58,511 nucleotides of DNA from a bacterium (lineage in GTDB: Bacteria > SZUA-182 > DTGQ01 > JAFGSM01). Within the stretch, counting starts at the first letter, position 1. Each line of letters starts with the position of its first letter. The stretch spans positions 1-58,511 of the forward strand of contig JBLIRO010000028.1 in NCBI GenBank assembly GCA_049472335.1, read 5' to 3'. Shown here one piece after another: positions 38,003-48,257 of the stretch. The position numbers and the translations under genes are program-made. The notes beneath the pieces were generated by a model. That model made no database searches and was not told the DNA's origin. It worked only from the letters and a program-made list of their open reading frames with translations.

Positions 38003-39340
38003 TTACTTACAACCATTTAAATTTTCTATCATCATTTGAAATTCAAAGGCCATTTCTTCTGATCCAAAACCAGTTACAAAATCGGGAGGATTAGGCAGAC
38101 CGTCAATGTGTTTATAAGCATCCATCAACTGTTCTATACCTTCATCAAGATGCCCCTCGCAAAGAAGGTTTATGCTGGATTCGATCATGTTCCTGAATGC
38201 CTTTAGCCTCATTGGAGCTGAATTTCCCGGGCCTGAACCTGCCAGAATACCTTCATCGACATAAGAATCAAAGGAAAACAATAGCCATCCTCCTGAGTCT
38301 TCTTGATTTCCTCTCAAAAATATGAAATCTTTTGTAGGACCTTGGTAGGTTATCGGATTAAGGCTTGCCGATTGATTTGAAATCCTGGAAATTGAAAAAT
38401 CCGCATCTCTTACACCTGAACCAAAGTAGAGGTTATCGCTATTATCTATTGCCAGGCTTATGAAGCGCGCTCTGCTTACTGAATCGTCTAAAAATGTTAC
38501 AAAAAGTTCTGGAAACCGATCTTGTCCGATTAGCCAAATTGCTGCATCGGTATAATTAGTTTGATTAGCTCTTCGGGTTTTTCCCAAAGAACTAACGAAA
38601 AGCTTTCCTCCTGAATTAAACATCATATCTACTGGATTAAATAATCTAAAACCAGGATCTCCAAGGTAAGATGATATTTCACCTGAAGGATCTATGCTTA
38701 TTATTTCCCAATAAGGATAGCTGCTTGAAGATGAGAGTAAATTTCCAGATGGATCAAATTGAAGACTTCTGAAAATGCTTGTTCCTCTCCCCAAAATTTT
38801 TGTGTCGGTGTAGATTTTTCTCTCTCCGGTATCAGGATTGACTTGCCAAACTAAACCATCGCTGTTTGTCATTACATATAGATTGCCATCGGGTCCTATA
38901 TCTATACCAATTGCGCCATGAGAGTTGATAAACTCGAAAGTTTTTACTTCTGAGCTTTTTAAATCGATTTCATAAACTCTACTAGGGTATAACGCAATGT
39001 ATATATTACCTTCAGCATCTAATACAATTGGCCCCTGATCTCTCCCTTCAGCTAAAGGGATTACCGCTATAGTTTCATAAGTACCATTACTATTAAACCT
39101 GGTTATGTGCGAGTCGCACTTGTACCAATGTTTCACATAAAGTGATCCATCTGGAGAAAATGCCAGAGATACGGGGTCTATATTTGTAATATACTTATCC
39201 GCAAAATATCCATCAGGCAGATTAATTGTTAATGCCACAGCCGAATTCCCTGATAAAACATACATTGATAATATAGATATTAACAGGATTGTCTTACTTA
39301 TAATCAGGATTGTATCTGATTTAAGGAAAATCTTTTTCAT
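38003..39340 (-). CDS. Secreted beta-propeller (NHL/SMP-30-like) protein with C-terminal helical domain
   Basis: Signal peptide; repeated blades LAFSPDGSLYV, IVLDAEGNIYI, IDIGPDGNLYV, LQFDPSGNLL, LAIDNSDNLYF; GGAGGAG RBS. Confidence 0.75.
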   Translation of the reverse strand: MKKIFLKSDTILIISKTILLISILSMYVLSGNSAVALTINLPDGYFADKYITNIDPVSLAFSPDGSLYVKHWYKCDSHITRFNSNGTYETIAVIPLAEGRDQGPIVLDAEGNIYIALYPSRVYEIDLKSSEVKTFEFINSHGAIGIDIGPDGNLYVMTNSDGLVWQVNPDTGERKIYTDTKILGRGTSIFRSLQFDPSGNLLSSSSSYPYWEIISIDPSGEISSYLGDPGFRLFNPVDMMFNSGGKLFVSSLGKTRRANQTNYTDAAIWLIGQDRFPELFVTFLDDSVSRARFISLAIDNSDNLYFGSGVRDADFSISRISNQSASLNPITYQGPTKDFIFLRGNQEDSGGWLLFSFDSYVDEGILAGSGPGNSAPMRLKAFRNMIESSINLLCEGHLDEGIEQLMDAYKHIDGLPNPPDFVTGFGSEEMAFEFQMMIENLNGCK

Positions 39341-39526
39341 TTTGGTCTCCTCCCTTATTAAATAAAAGTTAGACCATGATTAGATGCATTTCAGCATTTT
39401 GGTTGAAAAGACTGGGGATTGGTCCAAACTTGGAAAGAAGGGTTTTGTTTCACCCTTAATTTGCTATTCAGACCTATAAAAAATAGATAACTGCTTGCTC
39501 TAAATGTCAAGTAAATATATTTTAAA

Positions 39527-39557
39527 AGCCTCCAGTGATATAAAATCACCGGAAGCT
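39527..39557 (-). terminator. Intrinsic terminator downstream of RHS gene
   Basis: Minus strand AGCTTCCGGTGAT-TTTAT-ATCACTGGAGGCT followed by TTT; pairs fully with G-U only on this strand. Confidence 0.65.
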
Positions 39558-39942
39558 GTCATATTGGCATCTTCAGTAAATCCTTTGTCATCTCTTCCTC
39601 AAATAAGGTTAAGTAACTTCTTAAAAAGTGTGTGGTAATAATAAGGATTAACTGATTGTTTTTTGATGGATTCATAACTAATTAATATCCTGTTGAATAA
39701 ACCATCAAGCTAAAAAATAATTTAAATCAAATCAGAGCACTTCTGAATTGTTAATGATTTCAATAGATATTGTCAATTTTTGTTAAGGAAAACACACTTC
39801 AAAGCAAAATCCTACCTATACTTTCATCCGGATAAAACAAATTCTTATTGTATTTGAAGGATTATCATCGGAACCGTCCCTGTGACAGGTTGAAAGGGAA
39901 CCGGAACCAAAGATTGTCATCAGCGTCCCCTTGACATCCCTT

Positions 39943-42900
39943 TTATTTTTCATCTAACTCAAGAGGATTTAACATACCCAGATATATTAATGGAGAAAGT
40001 ATAAAATTAATAACAGTCTCCGTAACTTCACCAATTGTTATTACTTCAGTGTATGTAGCATAGACTCCTCCTCCCGCACTTAATACTTCAACACCTGTTA
40101 CTTGATTGCTTTCAAAATCCATTGAAAATCCTACTCCTGCACATACAGTCGACTTGGTTGACAAACCTTCAATATCCGAAGTAGACTTAGGTTTATCTTC
40201 CGAAAGATCAATTGTACTAGCCGCTGCCCCTATTAATCCCTCTATCCAATCACTAATAAATGGTATATTAATTGAAGCTTCAACACCAACACCAAGTCCA
40301 CCTTCAATAATTAAACCACTATCCCAAAAGTTATTTGGATTTATTACAAGTCCAGTTGATAATTCACCCCCTATTCCAAGTGCACCTCTTATACCTATTG
40401 TAATTGTCCAAAGATCTTGATCATTTTCCTCTCCACATAATCCCAATGGATCAATCAAATTAGCAGGATTATTTGAACAATAACTATACCAATTTTTCCT
40501 ATCTTTTACAGGATCAATGGTTGTCCATCTTCCGATTTCTGGCTTATAATCCCTAAATCCATAGTTATAAAGCTCTGCCAGATGATCATACCTCTTGCCA
40601 TTGTAGCCAAATTCATTTATTTCATCCAAATCACCTTGATAAGCTATACCAAAGGCATCATAGGAATAGGTCTTTTTTTCATGTCCATTCGGATCCGAAA
40701 TTAGAATTGTTGAACCAAGAATATCCTGAGTATGATAATATTTATCCTTAGGCTTTATCTTTTCATTATATGAATAATCTGTTCGAACTGATAGATTGCC
40801 GTTTGCATAAATATATTCACTTAAAGGACTAAATTTGCCCTTTTGATTTTCATCTTCTGTTACTCTAAAATCAGCTAAGATATTAAATCCTAGTCCATCA
40901 TAGAGATAATTAACTTCGGTTAACTCATTATCAATATTATATTCAACCCTTGAGCTTCTTCGCAGAAATGGGTCATAGCTATACTCAACATTTACTTCAT
41001 TTTCTCCAAGGAAACCCTCAGTTTCACAATAAATGTTTTTAATCCTGTTGTCAGGGTTATAGGAATATATTGCTTCAATATCTTCTAGCTGTTCTTTAAT
41101 AAGGTTTCCATTTAGGTCATGAAAATATTCTCTATTCCCGGAGTTTAAGATTTGGTTTTCTTCATTATAGCTATATTCTATTGTTCCTAATCCATTCGTT
41201 TTAGAAAGCCTGTTTGAATTAACATCATAGACAAAGGTCTCTTTCCAGACATATTGATTCGTATTTATATAAGGATCTTTTACTGCTATTAAAGAATATG
41301 CTTCTTGTATTTTTTCTTCTATTTCCCAGGGTATATTCAATGAAGCAGGTTCAAATTCTGCTTCTTCTAATCCTGATTTAATCCTTTCTTTAAGGTCTAT
41401 TTCTTTTTTATCGCTGGAATATGGATAATAGACATTTTTGATCCTCCCTATTTCATCATACTCATAGGCTGTAATATTCCCCTCATTATCTATCTGATAT
41501 ATGGACTCTCCTGCTTCATTATAAATATATGCTAAGGATTTTAATTGCTTGTCAACTCCAGGGCCATTTTGAATATTTTCAGTTTTTATTGATAATACGC
41601 GTCCTGAAGGATCATAAGTGCTTTGAGTAATAATGTTATTCGGTTGAATCTCTTTTATTTCTCTTAATAGTTTATCGTATTCAAAATAGGTGGTTTTGCC
41701 TTCTGTATCTGTTACCGAAAGTAGTTCATTTAGTTTGCCATAAGTATACGAAATGGTTCTCTCATTATTTAACCAATAAAGCCGTATACGGTTTCCTACA
41801 GCATCATATGTATAATTTATTTCTTTATCATTTGTTATATCTTTTATTCTTGCTAAACGGTTCAGTTCATCATATATATATTCAAAGTGGTTATTCTCAT
41901 TTGTTGCTGATAAGATATTGTTTTCAGGATCATAAGTAAATGTTTTTTCCGTGCTGTCAGAAAAAGTTCGTTTAATGAGCCTGTTTAAAGCATCATATTC
42001 ATTAATGGTAGTATCACCATTAAAATCTGTTTTACTAATTAGGTTACCATTACGATCATAACTGTATGTTTGTTCATTATTGAGACGGTTTATTTCTTTT
42101 ACCAGTCTATTCAGATTGTCATACTTATAACTGTATTGGTTTTCTTTAGCGTCAATCTCGGCAATACGGTTTCCAACCAAATCATACTGATATGTATAAG
42201 TTTCTCCCAGATTGTTTATTTCACTAATACAACGACTTAAAGAATCATAAGAATAAATGGTTGCCCTGTTTAATTCATCCAAGATTTTAATAAGATTAGA
42301 ATTTTTGTCATAAATATATTTTTTGCTATTACCCAATGGATCTTTTTTTTCAACAAGGCGTCCTAATTCATCATATATAAATCCTTTTTCATTTCCTAAT
42401 GCATCAGTTATTTTGCTTACTTTACCAAGATAATTATACTCACAAGAAGTTGAATTTCCGTATGGATCGATCTTTTTTATTAAACGGTTAAGCCCATCAT
42501 ATTGAAATATGGTAGTATTACTATTTTCATCTGTCATTGTTAAAATATTTCCGATACTATCATATGAATATATCCTTGTATTATCTAACTGATTGGTTTT
42601 AGCAATTAAACGTTCCAGACTATCATAACCATAATAATATCTATTCCCATTCTTATCCGTTCTTTCGATCAATAATCCTCGCTTATCATATTTATTATAT
42701 TCTTCAATTCCCAATGCATCGATTATTTGAATTAATCTGCCATTTTTATCGTAAGAAAACCGGGTTAAATTTCCATTTTTATCTTTAATTGATAATAGGT
42801 TTCCTTTCGCATTATAAGTATTTATTATCTCATTATTCTCAGGATCGATAACCTTGATAAGCCTATCCAGATTATCGTATTTATAATAAGTTGTTCTACC

Positions 42901-45693
42901 TAGTTTATCCGTTTTAGAATCTATTTGTCCTGAAGGATTATAATTAATATATTCAGTATTTCCCTCCGGATCTGTAATACTTTTAAGCTGACCAGTTTTT
43001 GAATAACTGTACTGGGTTGTATTCCCTTTGGGATCGATCTCAAATATAATTTGGCCTGCGCTATCATATTTATATTGAGTTATGACACCTGTTTCTACCT
43101 GCTCTTCCTTTACCAGGTTCCCTCGAATATCATATTCATAAGTTGTTTTGTTTTTCCCTTCAATTATTTTTTCAACCATTTTACCATCTAGTCTATAATA
43201 ATAAATAATTTCTTCTCCTAAAGCATTTATCTCTTTAACAAGTAAGTGACGCCTGTCATATTTAAGAGTAGTTGTATTTCCATTTTTATCCGATTTTTCA
43301 ACTAAATCTTTACGGTTATTATATACATTGGCTTCATAATTTCCTTCATTGTCAATAACTCTTATTACTTTGTTATCATTATTATATTCAAAATGGGTTT
43401 CAAATCCTTCAGGATCCTTTGTTTTAATTACATTTCCTATAATATCATTTTCATACTCAGTAGTATTACCTTCAGGATCTGTAACTGAAGCGAGATATCC
43501 ATAGGAATCATAAGAATAGTATATTATATTATTCAATTGATCTAAGGACTGGATCAATTGACCCTTATCATTATAGATAAAAGTCTCTTTTGAGTTGTCA
43601 GGATATGCTATTCCTGTCTTATTCCCATTCAGATCATAGGAATAGTATGTTGTATAACCTTGTTTATCAGTATAATAGCTGATCTTGTTAAATTCATTAT
43701 ATGCCCATTTCTCAGTATATCCTTCAGGATCTGTTGATTCAATCAGATTCCGGTTTTCATCATACTTATAATGCCAGGAGTATCCAAGCTCATTTGTTTT
43801 TTTAATCAGATTATTATCTTCGTCATATTCCATTAAAACATAGCTGCCATCAGCATATTCAATTCCAGTTGTTAAATTGTTATCTGAAAAGTAATGTTTC
43901 TCTATTATTCCGGAAGGATTAATATACTCTGTATATTTAAGCTCAGGATTATAATTAAATTGTTCTATATTCCCTTCTTCATCTATAGTTTCAGATACAA
44001 CTTTTTTGCCCCCTATCAGAATATATATATATTCCCTATAGCTCTCATCCGGTTTTATTATCTTTACTAAATAGTTATCCGTATCATATTCATAACTGAT
44101 CGCATGACCTTCCGCATCTGTCACTTTGATCATCTGTCCGACAGAATTATATTCATAGGATACTTCCCGCCCTTTGGGATCAATTACTTTTACTATTCTT
44201 CCATTTTCCCTTTCCAACAAAACCAATCTTAAAAATCCGTCGCTTATCTTTATCAACTCATATTCATCGTTATAAAAAAAGTCTATTATGTTATTGTTCT
44301 GATCAACAATCGCTTCTAATTGTCCATAAAATGAATATAGATATCTTGTTTTGTCTTTTCTGGTTAATTGATATCTTCCATCTGATAAGAGCGTTAATAT
44401 ATCATCATTCGGAAGTAATGCGGTTGTAGTTGATCCTGTGGGATAATAATTTTTTTGCCCATTTTCATAATAAACTTCTGAATCAAAATCTGGTTCTTCA
44501 TCAATACTATAAATATGAGATATACCCTGTTCATCAATAAACGTGATTGTATCAATTCCGGTATTGATAAAAAACTCCGGATCTGAGGCATTAAACACAT
44601 GGGCATTTCGATCTTCATTTTGATCTGATAGATTCAGCTCTTTTTTTGCATGCTCAACCCTTTCTTCCAAATCTGTTTTGATTTCATTGATCTCTTCTAT
44701 TATCGAATAACTATTCAATATTCCTTGCTTAGCATTTATTGCCATAGGGATGAATAAGTTTATTTGATTAAGCTTCAGATTGGCTAAATCCAGATCTTCC
44801 TGAATGGCGGCTGCTATTTCTTCTTCATTTTGATATTGCTGCAATAGGTTTTGAAGAGAATTTATTGTGGCCTCAATAGTCTGTTTGGTTGCCATTGCAT
44901 TATCAATGATTGTTTGTGCTGAATTCAGTTTTGAATTATATTCTGACAAAGCATTATTATAGATAGAATTGACATTTTCTGCTTTTTGCAGTGTGGCATT
45001 ATACAATACCTGTGCACTATGATTAATGCCCCGTATCACACGGGTATCATAATTAAACGACCATCCCACCCCAAATGAATGGCTATTCATTACCTGGGTC
45101 TGATAACTTCCTTTTATATTGATTTTATTATTAATATATTCATAAGATAAATCTTCCTTATTAAAAACATAATCACCTGTTGCCAGTCTTATTGGATCAC
45201 CACATGGAGTCCCATTGTTCACATTTTCATTGTCTTTACCATTATTAATATTGGCTTCAGCAATCGCTTTAGCATCATCTTTTAATTGATCCAATGATAT
45301 AACGTCATCTATTATACTATCCAGAATATCCTGCAATTCTTGTGGGAATTCGTCCAGTGGCCCCAAGACTGTTACACCTGGTATTTGGATATTAGCCGGA
45401 TCAGTTGACGAATTTCCCGGAACATCAACATATTGAAAATAACCTTCTATCCATACATTTACTGGATCAATCCATACCCATATTTCATCTTCATGATAAT
45501 TACCTTCTGCATCATAATATTTATTCATTCCCGTTATTATCCAATGACCAGGATGTACCTCCCAATATCCTTCCACCCAAACAACAATCGTATAATCTGC
45601 ATAAGCACCTGAAATAAAAACAAAGAAAGCACTTGAAACAAGAATAAAAAACAGAAGTATTACAATCCACTTTTTCATGATTCTATTAACCAT
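39943..45693 (-). CDS. RHS/YD-repeat protein with Sec-type signal peptide and C-terminal variable domain
   Basis: GDPIRLATG, many YxYD repeats, YSYDAFG, YNGKRYD, RDYKPEIGRWTTIDP, cleavage motif NNPANLIDPLGL; AGGAGG RBS. Confidence 0.93.
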   Translation of the reverse strand: MVNRIMKKWIVILLFFILVSSAFFVFISGAYADYTIVVWVEGYWEVHPGHWIITGMNKYYDAEGNYHEDEIWVWIDPVNVWIEGYFQYVDVPGNSSTDPANIQIPGVTVLGPLDEFPQELQDILDSIIDDVISLDQLKDDAKAIAEANINNGKDNENVNNGTPCGDPIRLATGDYVFNKEDLSYEYINNKINIKGSYQTQVMNSHSFGVGWSFNYDTRVIRGINHSAQVLYNATLQKAENVNSIYNNALSEYNSKLNSAQTIIDNAMATKQTIEATINSLQNLLQQYQNEEEIAAAIQEDLDLANLKLNQINLFIPMAINAKQGILNSYSIIEEINEIKTDLEERVEHAKKELNLSDQNEDRNAHVFNASDPEFFINTGIDTITFIDEQGISHIYSIDEEPDFDSEVYYENGQKNYYPTGSTTTALLPNDDILTLLSDGRYQLTRKDKTRYLYSFYGQLEAIVDQNNNIIDFFYNDEYELIKISDGFLRLVLLERENGRIVKVIDPKGREVSYEYNSVGQMIKVTDAEGHAISYEYDTDNYLVKIIKPDESYREYIYILIGGKKVVSETIDEEGNIEQFNYNPELKYTEYINPSGIIEKHYFSDNNLTTGIEYADGSYVLMEYDEDNNLIKKTNELGYSWHYKYDENRNLIESTDPEGYTEKWAYNEFNKISYYTDKQGYTTYYSYDLNGNKTGIAYPDNSKETFIYNDKGQLIQSLDQLNNIIYYSYDSYGYLASVTDPEGNTTEYENDIIGNVIKTKDPEGFETHFEYNNDNKVIRVIDNEGNYEANVYNNRKDLVEKSDKNGNTTTLKYDRRHLLVKEINALGEEIIYYYRLDGKMVEKIIEGKNKTTYEYDIRGNLVKEEQVETGVITQYKYDSAGQIIFEIDPKGNTTQYSYSKTGQLKSITDPEGNTEYINYNPSGQIDSKTDKLGRTTYYKYDNLDRLIKVIDPENNEIINTYNAKGNLLSIKDKNGNLTRFSYDKNGRLIQIIDALGIEEYNKYDKRGLLIERTDKNGNRYYYGYDSLERLIAKTNQLDNTRIYSYDSIGNILTMTDENSNTTIFQYDGLNRLIKKIDPYGNSTSCEYNYLGKVSKITDALGNEKGFIYDELGRLVEKKDPLGNSKKYIYDKNSNLIKILDELNRATIYSYDSLSRCISEINNLGETYTYQYDLVGNRIAEIDAKENQYSYKYDNLNRLVKEINRLNNEQTYSYDRNGNLISKTDFNGDTTINEYDALNRLIKRTFSDSTEKTFTYDPENNILSATNENNHFEYIYDELNRLARIKDITNDKEINYTYDAVGNRIRLYWLNNERTISYTYGKLNELLSVTDTEGKTTYFEYDKLLREIKEIQPNNIITQSTYDPSGRVLSIKTENIQNGPGVDKQLKSLAYIYNEAGESIYQIDNEGNITAYEYDEIGRIKNVYYPYSSDKKEIDLKERIKSGLEEAEFEPASLNIPWEIEEKIQEAYSLIAVKDPYINTNQYVWKETFVYDVNSNRLSKTNGLGTIEYSYNEENQILNSGNREYFHDLNGNLIKEQLEDIEAIYSYNPDNRIKNIYCETEGFLGENEVNVEYSYDPFLRRSSRVEYNIDNELTEVNYLYDGLGFNILADFRVTEDENQKGKFSPLSEYIYANGNLSVRTDYSYNEKIKPKDKYYHTQDILGSTILISDPNGHEKKTYSYDAFGIAYQGDLDEINEFGYNGKRYDHLAELYNYGFRDYKPEIGRWTTIDPVKDRKNWYSYCSNNPANLIDPLGLCGEENDQDLWTITIGIRGALGIGGELSTGLVINPNNFWDSGLIIEGGLGVGVEASINIPFISDWIEGLIGAAASTIDLSEDKPKSTSDIEGLSTKSTVCAGVGFSMDFESNQVTGVEVLSAGGGVYATYTEVITIGEVTETVINFILSPLIYLGMLNPLELDEK

Positions 45694-46558
45694 TTTGAAT
45701 ACCTCCTAATATCTTTGTTTTAAAACAAGAAAAAAATCTAATCAAAAACCACCTTATATAATAAAAATAATTAGGATATCCATTTGAATGATGTACATAC
45801 TATGTATTGTTGTTTAAACTTCTTACAACTTACTAACAAAATTATTGCAGGGCTAAGGTTCTGTTAACATAGTTTATTGAATCAAATAATAAAAAATTCT
45901 CCCCTATATTGTGAGGTTTTTCGATTAAATCGAAAAACGAATTTATCAGGTTAATAATCCAAATACTTATGGCTAATTGCACGTTAATAGGTTCCCAATA
46001 GCCATCTTTTGGGAAGAGATACAGTCTTATGGATATAAGGCAAAAACTCAGAAGCGGATTCCTTACCTATGGAAGGCATATATAATAATGTAAATAATTA
46101 GTGGAGATATTAAGAGGTGTAACTAGAATATAGAAAATAGCTTTAACAACAGACCGAAATTTAATAGTATTTTTAAAAAGGTCTATGTCAAAGATCTATA
46201 TCAAATTATAACTGAAAAAAAATGATTGTCAAATTTTTTTCTTAATCCCAAAAGTATGTCAAATTTTAATATAATTGCCTAAATTTCAACTATATAACAG
46301 AATCTCTCTGACAGTGTATCAATTTCCGCAGGTATCCCCTTTACCCTCATACATATTACTTAAAAAATTAAGGTTTGAAAAGCAATATGTAAAAAAATCA
46401 TCTTTAATCATCGATAATGGTAATAACATGGAAATTCGTCATTGTTTTCCGGAGGATGGGCCTTGATGGCTGGCAGACAAGACACAATAGTTCAAAGGCT
46501 AACCAACAGATTTGTAGTAAACTGTTGCCTGATCACTGAGAAGTGATGTATGAAACGG

Positions 46559-47055
46559 ATGGGAAAAAGATTCATTATATTCTAATTTATTTCTATTTCC
46601 ATTTCCTTTTTTTATCCTGCAAACCCCATAGAGAAGGAAATAAAGGCAATATAGGAGATCTGACCTTTTTTCCATTCCGGAGCGGAGGTTTCATTCGAAA
46701 AATTGGAGGATGGCGGGAAAGAGAAGGTAAACATCAAGGGCGTCCCCATAACAATGAGCCTCAGCATACCATCCAACGCTGTAAATAAAAATGGCGCAAT
46801 CATGTTTATCCGGTATATTATGGATAACCATGCCGTTCAATTTAAAAAACATGGCTTTACCTTCTTTAGGCCAGGATTTTACGGAGAAGAAAAAGACTAT
46901 ACAATGTTTAAGGATTATGCCGATTATTCAGGGAGATTTTAGTTGTCACGGAATGGGAAAGAAGAGTTCAGATGATTTTCAATATCCTAGTTGACAAAGG
47001 CATAGTTCTTCTCTATAATTTTTCTTGCAATAAAGCACTGTAACATATTAATTTT
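46559..47055 (+). pseudogene. Diverged, internally deleted duplicate of the wtpA-like gene plus its downstream region
   Basis: 46559-46675 matches 35235-35357 and 46674-47055 matches about 35926-36308. About 570 bp are missing and the 5' part is frameshifted. Confidence 0.9.
46991..47019 (+). promoter_or_regulatory. Perfect sigma70 consensus promoter
   Basis: TTGACA (46991-46996), 17-bp spacer, TATAAT (47014-47019). Confidence 0.8.
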
Positions 47056-47144
47056 TTATAACCTATCGCAGATAATTTCATCTGCATACTGTGCCCATGC
47101 TTGTATAAGGGATTCATACACATCTATTATAAAAGGAGTTGTTT

Positions 47145-48188
47145 ATGAAGACTACAGGTATCTTCTCTTTTATTTTTCACATCATTTTTTTGGCATTTGC
47201 ATGCATGATGTTCGGTGTATCATTTGCCGGGTTTACCGGCGAGACCTTGATGATTATTGCCGCGGTTATCTCTCTGCTGGTCTGGGGAACCTTCATTGCC
47301 CTGACTATCTATGCCATTACACTCGCCGCTGCAATGGTTAGAGAAAATAGCAGCAAACGCGATGCCTGTCTGGTATGGTCAAGTAAGTTATTTTTTACCT
47401 TTGCCATCCTTTCAATAGGATCGGCCTGGGTGATAGGCCTGGGTTATTTTGCCGCCTGTGGTCCGGCATGGCTGGCCTCGCTCTTTCACTGGGCGGGTCT
47501 TGTGGGCAGTTTTGTCGGCTTCACCGTCTGGTTCCTGTACCGTTATATTGTGCGCGGCTCCCTTGGCTCATCAGGAGGTGACTATTCCCGGCCTATGGGT
47601 TGGAGAAAGCCTCTCATAACCGGCTGTATCACTTACGGCTTGTGGATTATAATCTGGCTTGTCCTGTGGATATGGCTGAGTGGTTCCATCAATACCGGTC
47701 TTTACCCGAATCGCGCTTCTTCGCCATATAAATTGCCATATCCTAACGGGACCTGCGCCTGGATCGTGCAGGGCAATAACTCACGAAAGAACCATAATGG
47801 TAACCAGCAATTTGCCTGGGATTTTCGGCTGTCATGCGGGACGCCGGTGGTTGCAGCCCGGGAGGGCCGCGTGCGTGCCGGTTTTGATGATTCGCATACA
47901 GGCTATGGCACAAGCTCACCGAATAACTTTGTTGAGGTTGAGCACACTGACGGCACCAGAGCGCGCTATGTTCATATTGAGCAAAACAGCGTCAGTGTAA
48001 CTGCCGGCCAGCATGTGGATCAGGGGGATACATTGGCAACCGTAGGTAACGTGGGTAACAGCATGACAGGGCATATTCACTTTCAGGTAAATAACACATC
48101 AGGCAGCAGCGTGGCGGTGAGTTTTCAGGATGTGGAGGATGATGCGGGTATACCCAGGACCTTTAAATGTTATACCTCTGGTAATTAA
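47145..48188 (+). CDS. Multi-TM protein with C-terminal M23 metallopeptidase domain
   Basis: About 5 TM helices, then NH...AWDF, GTPVVAAREG, YVHI, GNVGNSMTGHIHF; AAGGAG RBS. TTG at 47139 is an alternative start. Confidence 0.85.
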   Translation: MKTTGIFSFIFHIIFLAFACMMFGVSFAGFTGETLMIIAAVISLLVWGTFIALTIYAITLAAAMVRENSSKRDACLVWSSKLFFTFAILSIGSAWVIGLGYFAACGPAWLASLFHWAGLVGSFVGFTVWFLYRYIVRGSLGSSGGDYSRPMGWRKPLITGCITYGLWIIIWLVLWIWLSGSINTGLYPNRASSPYKLPYPNGTCAWIVQGNNSRKNHNGNQQFAWDFRLSCGTPVVAAREGRVRAGFDDSHTGYGTSSPNNFVEVEHTDGTRARYVHIEQNSVSVTAGQHVDQGDTLATVGNVGNSMTGHIHFQVNNTSGSSVAVSFQDVEDDAGIPRTFKCYTSGN

Positions 48189-48257
48189 GAGATTAAAAAC
48201 ATCCGGTATTAAAGGGTCGGTTGGCGACAAATCTAAATCTTTTTCATTGTCTCTGTA

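Noticed and set aside
45700..46540. Possible c-di-GMP or other riboswitch upstream of the RHS gene
   Set aside because: Small hairpins exist but no recognisable consensus on either strand.
46559..47055. wtpA duplicate or the 110-bp repeats as DGR template/variable repeats (C-type lectin nearby)
   Set aside because: Differences are not confined to adenines, the repeats do not match the lectin gene, and no reverse transcriptase is in the window.
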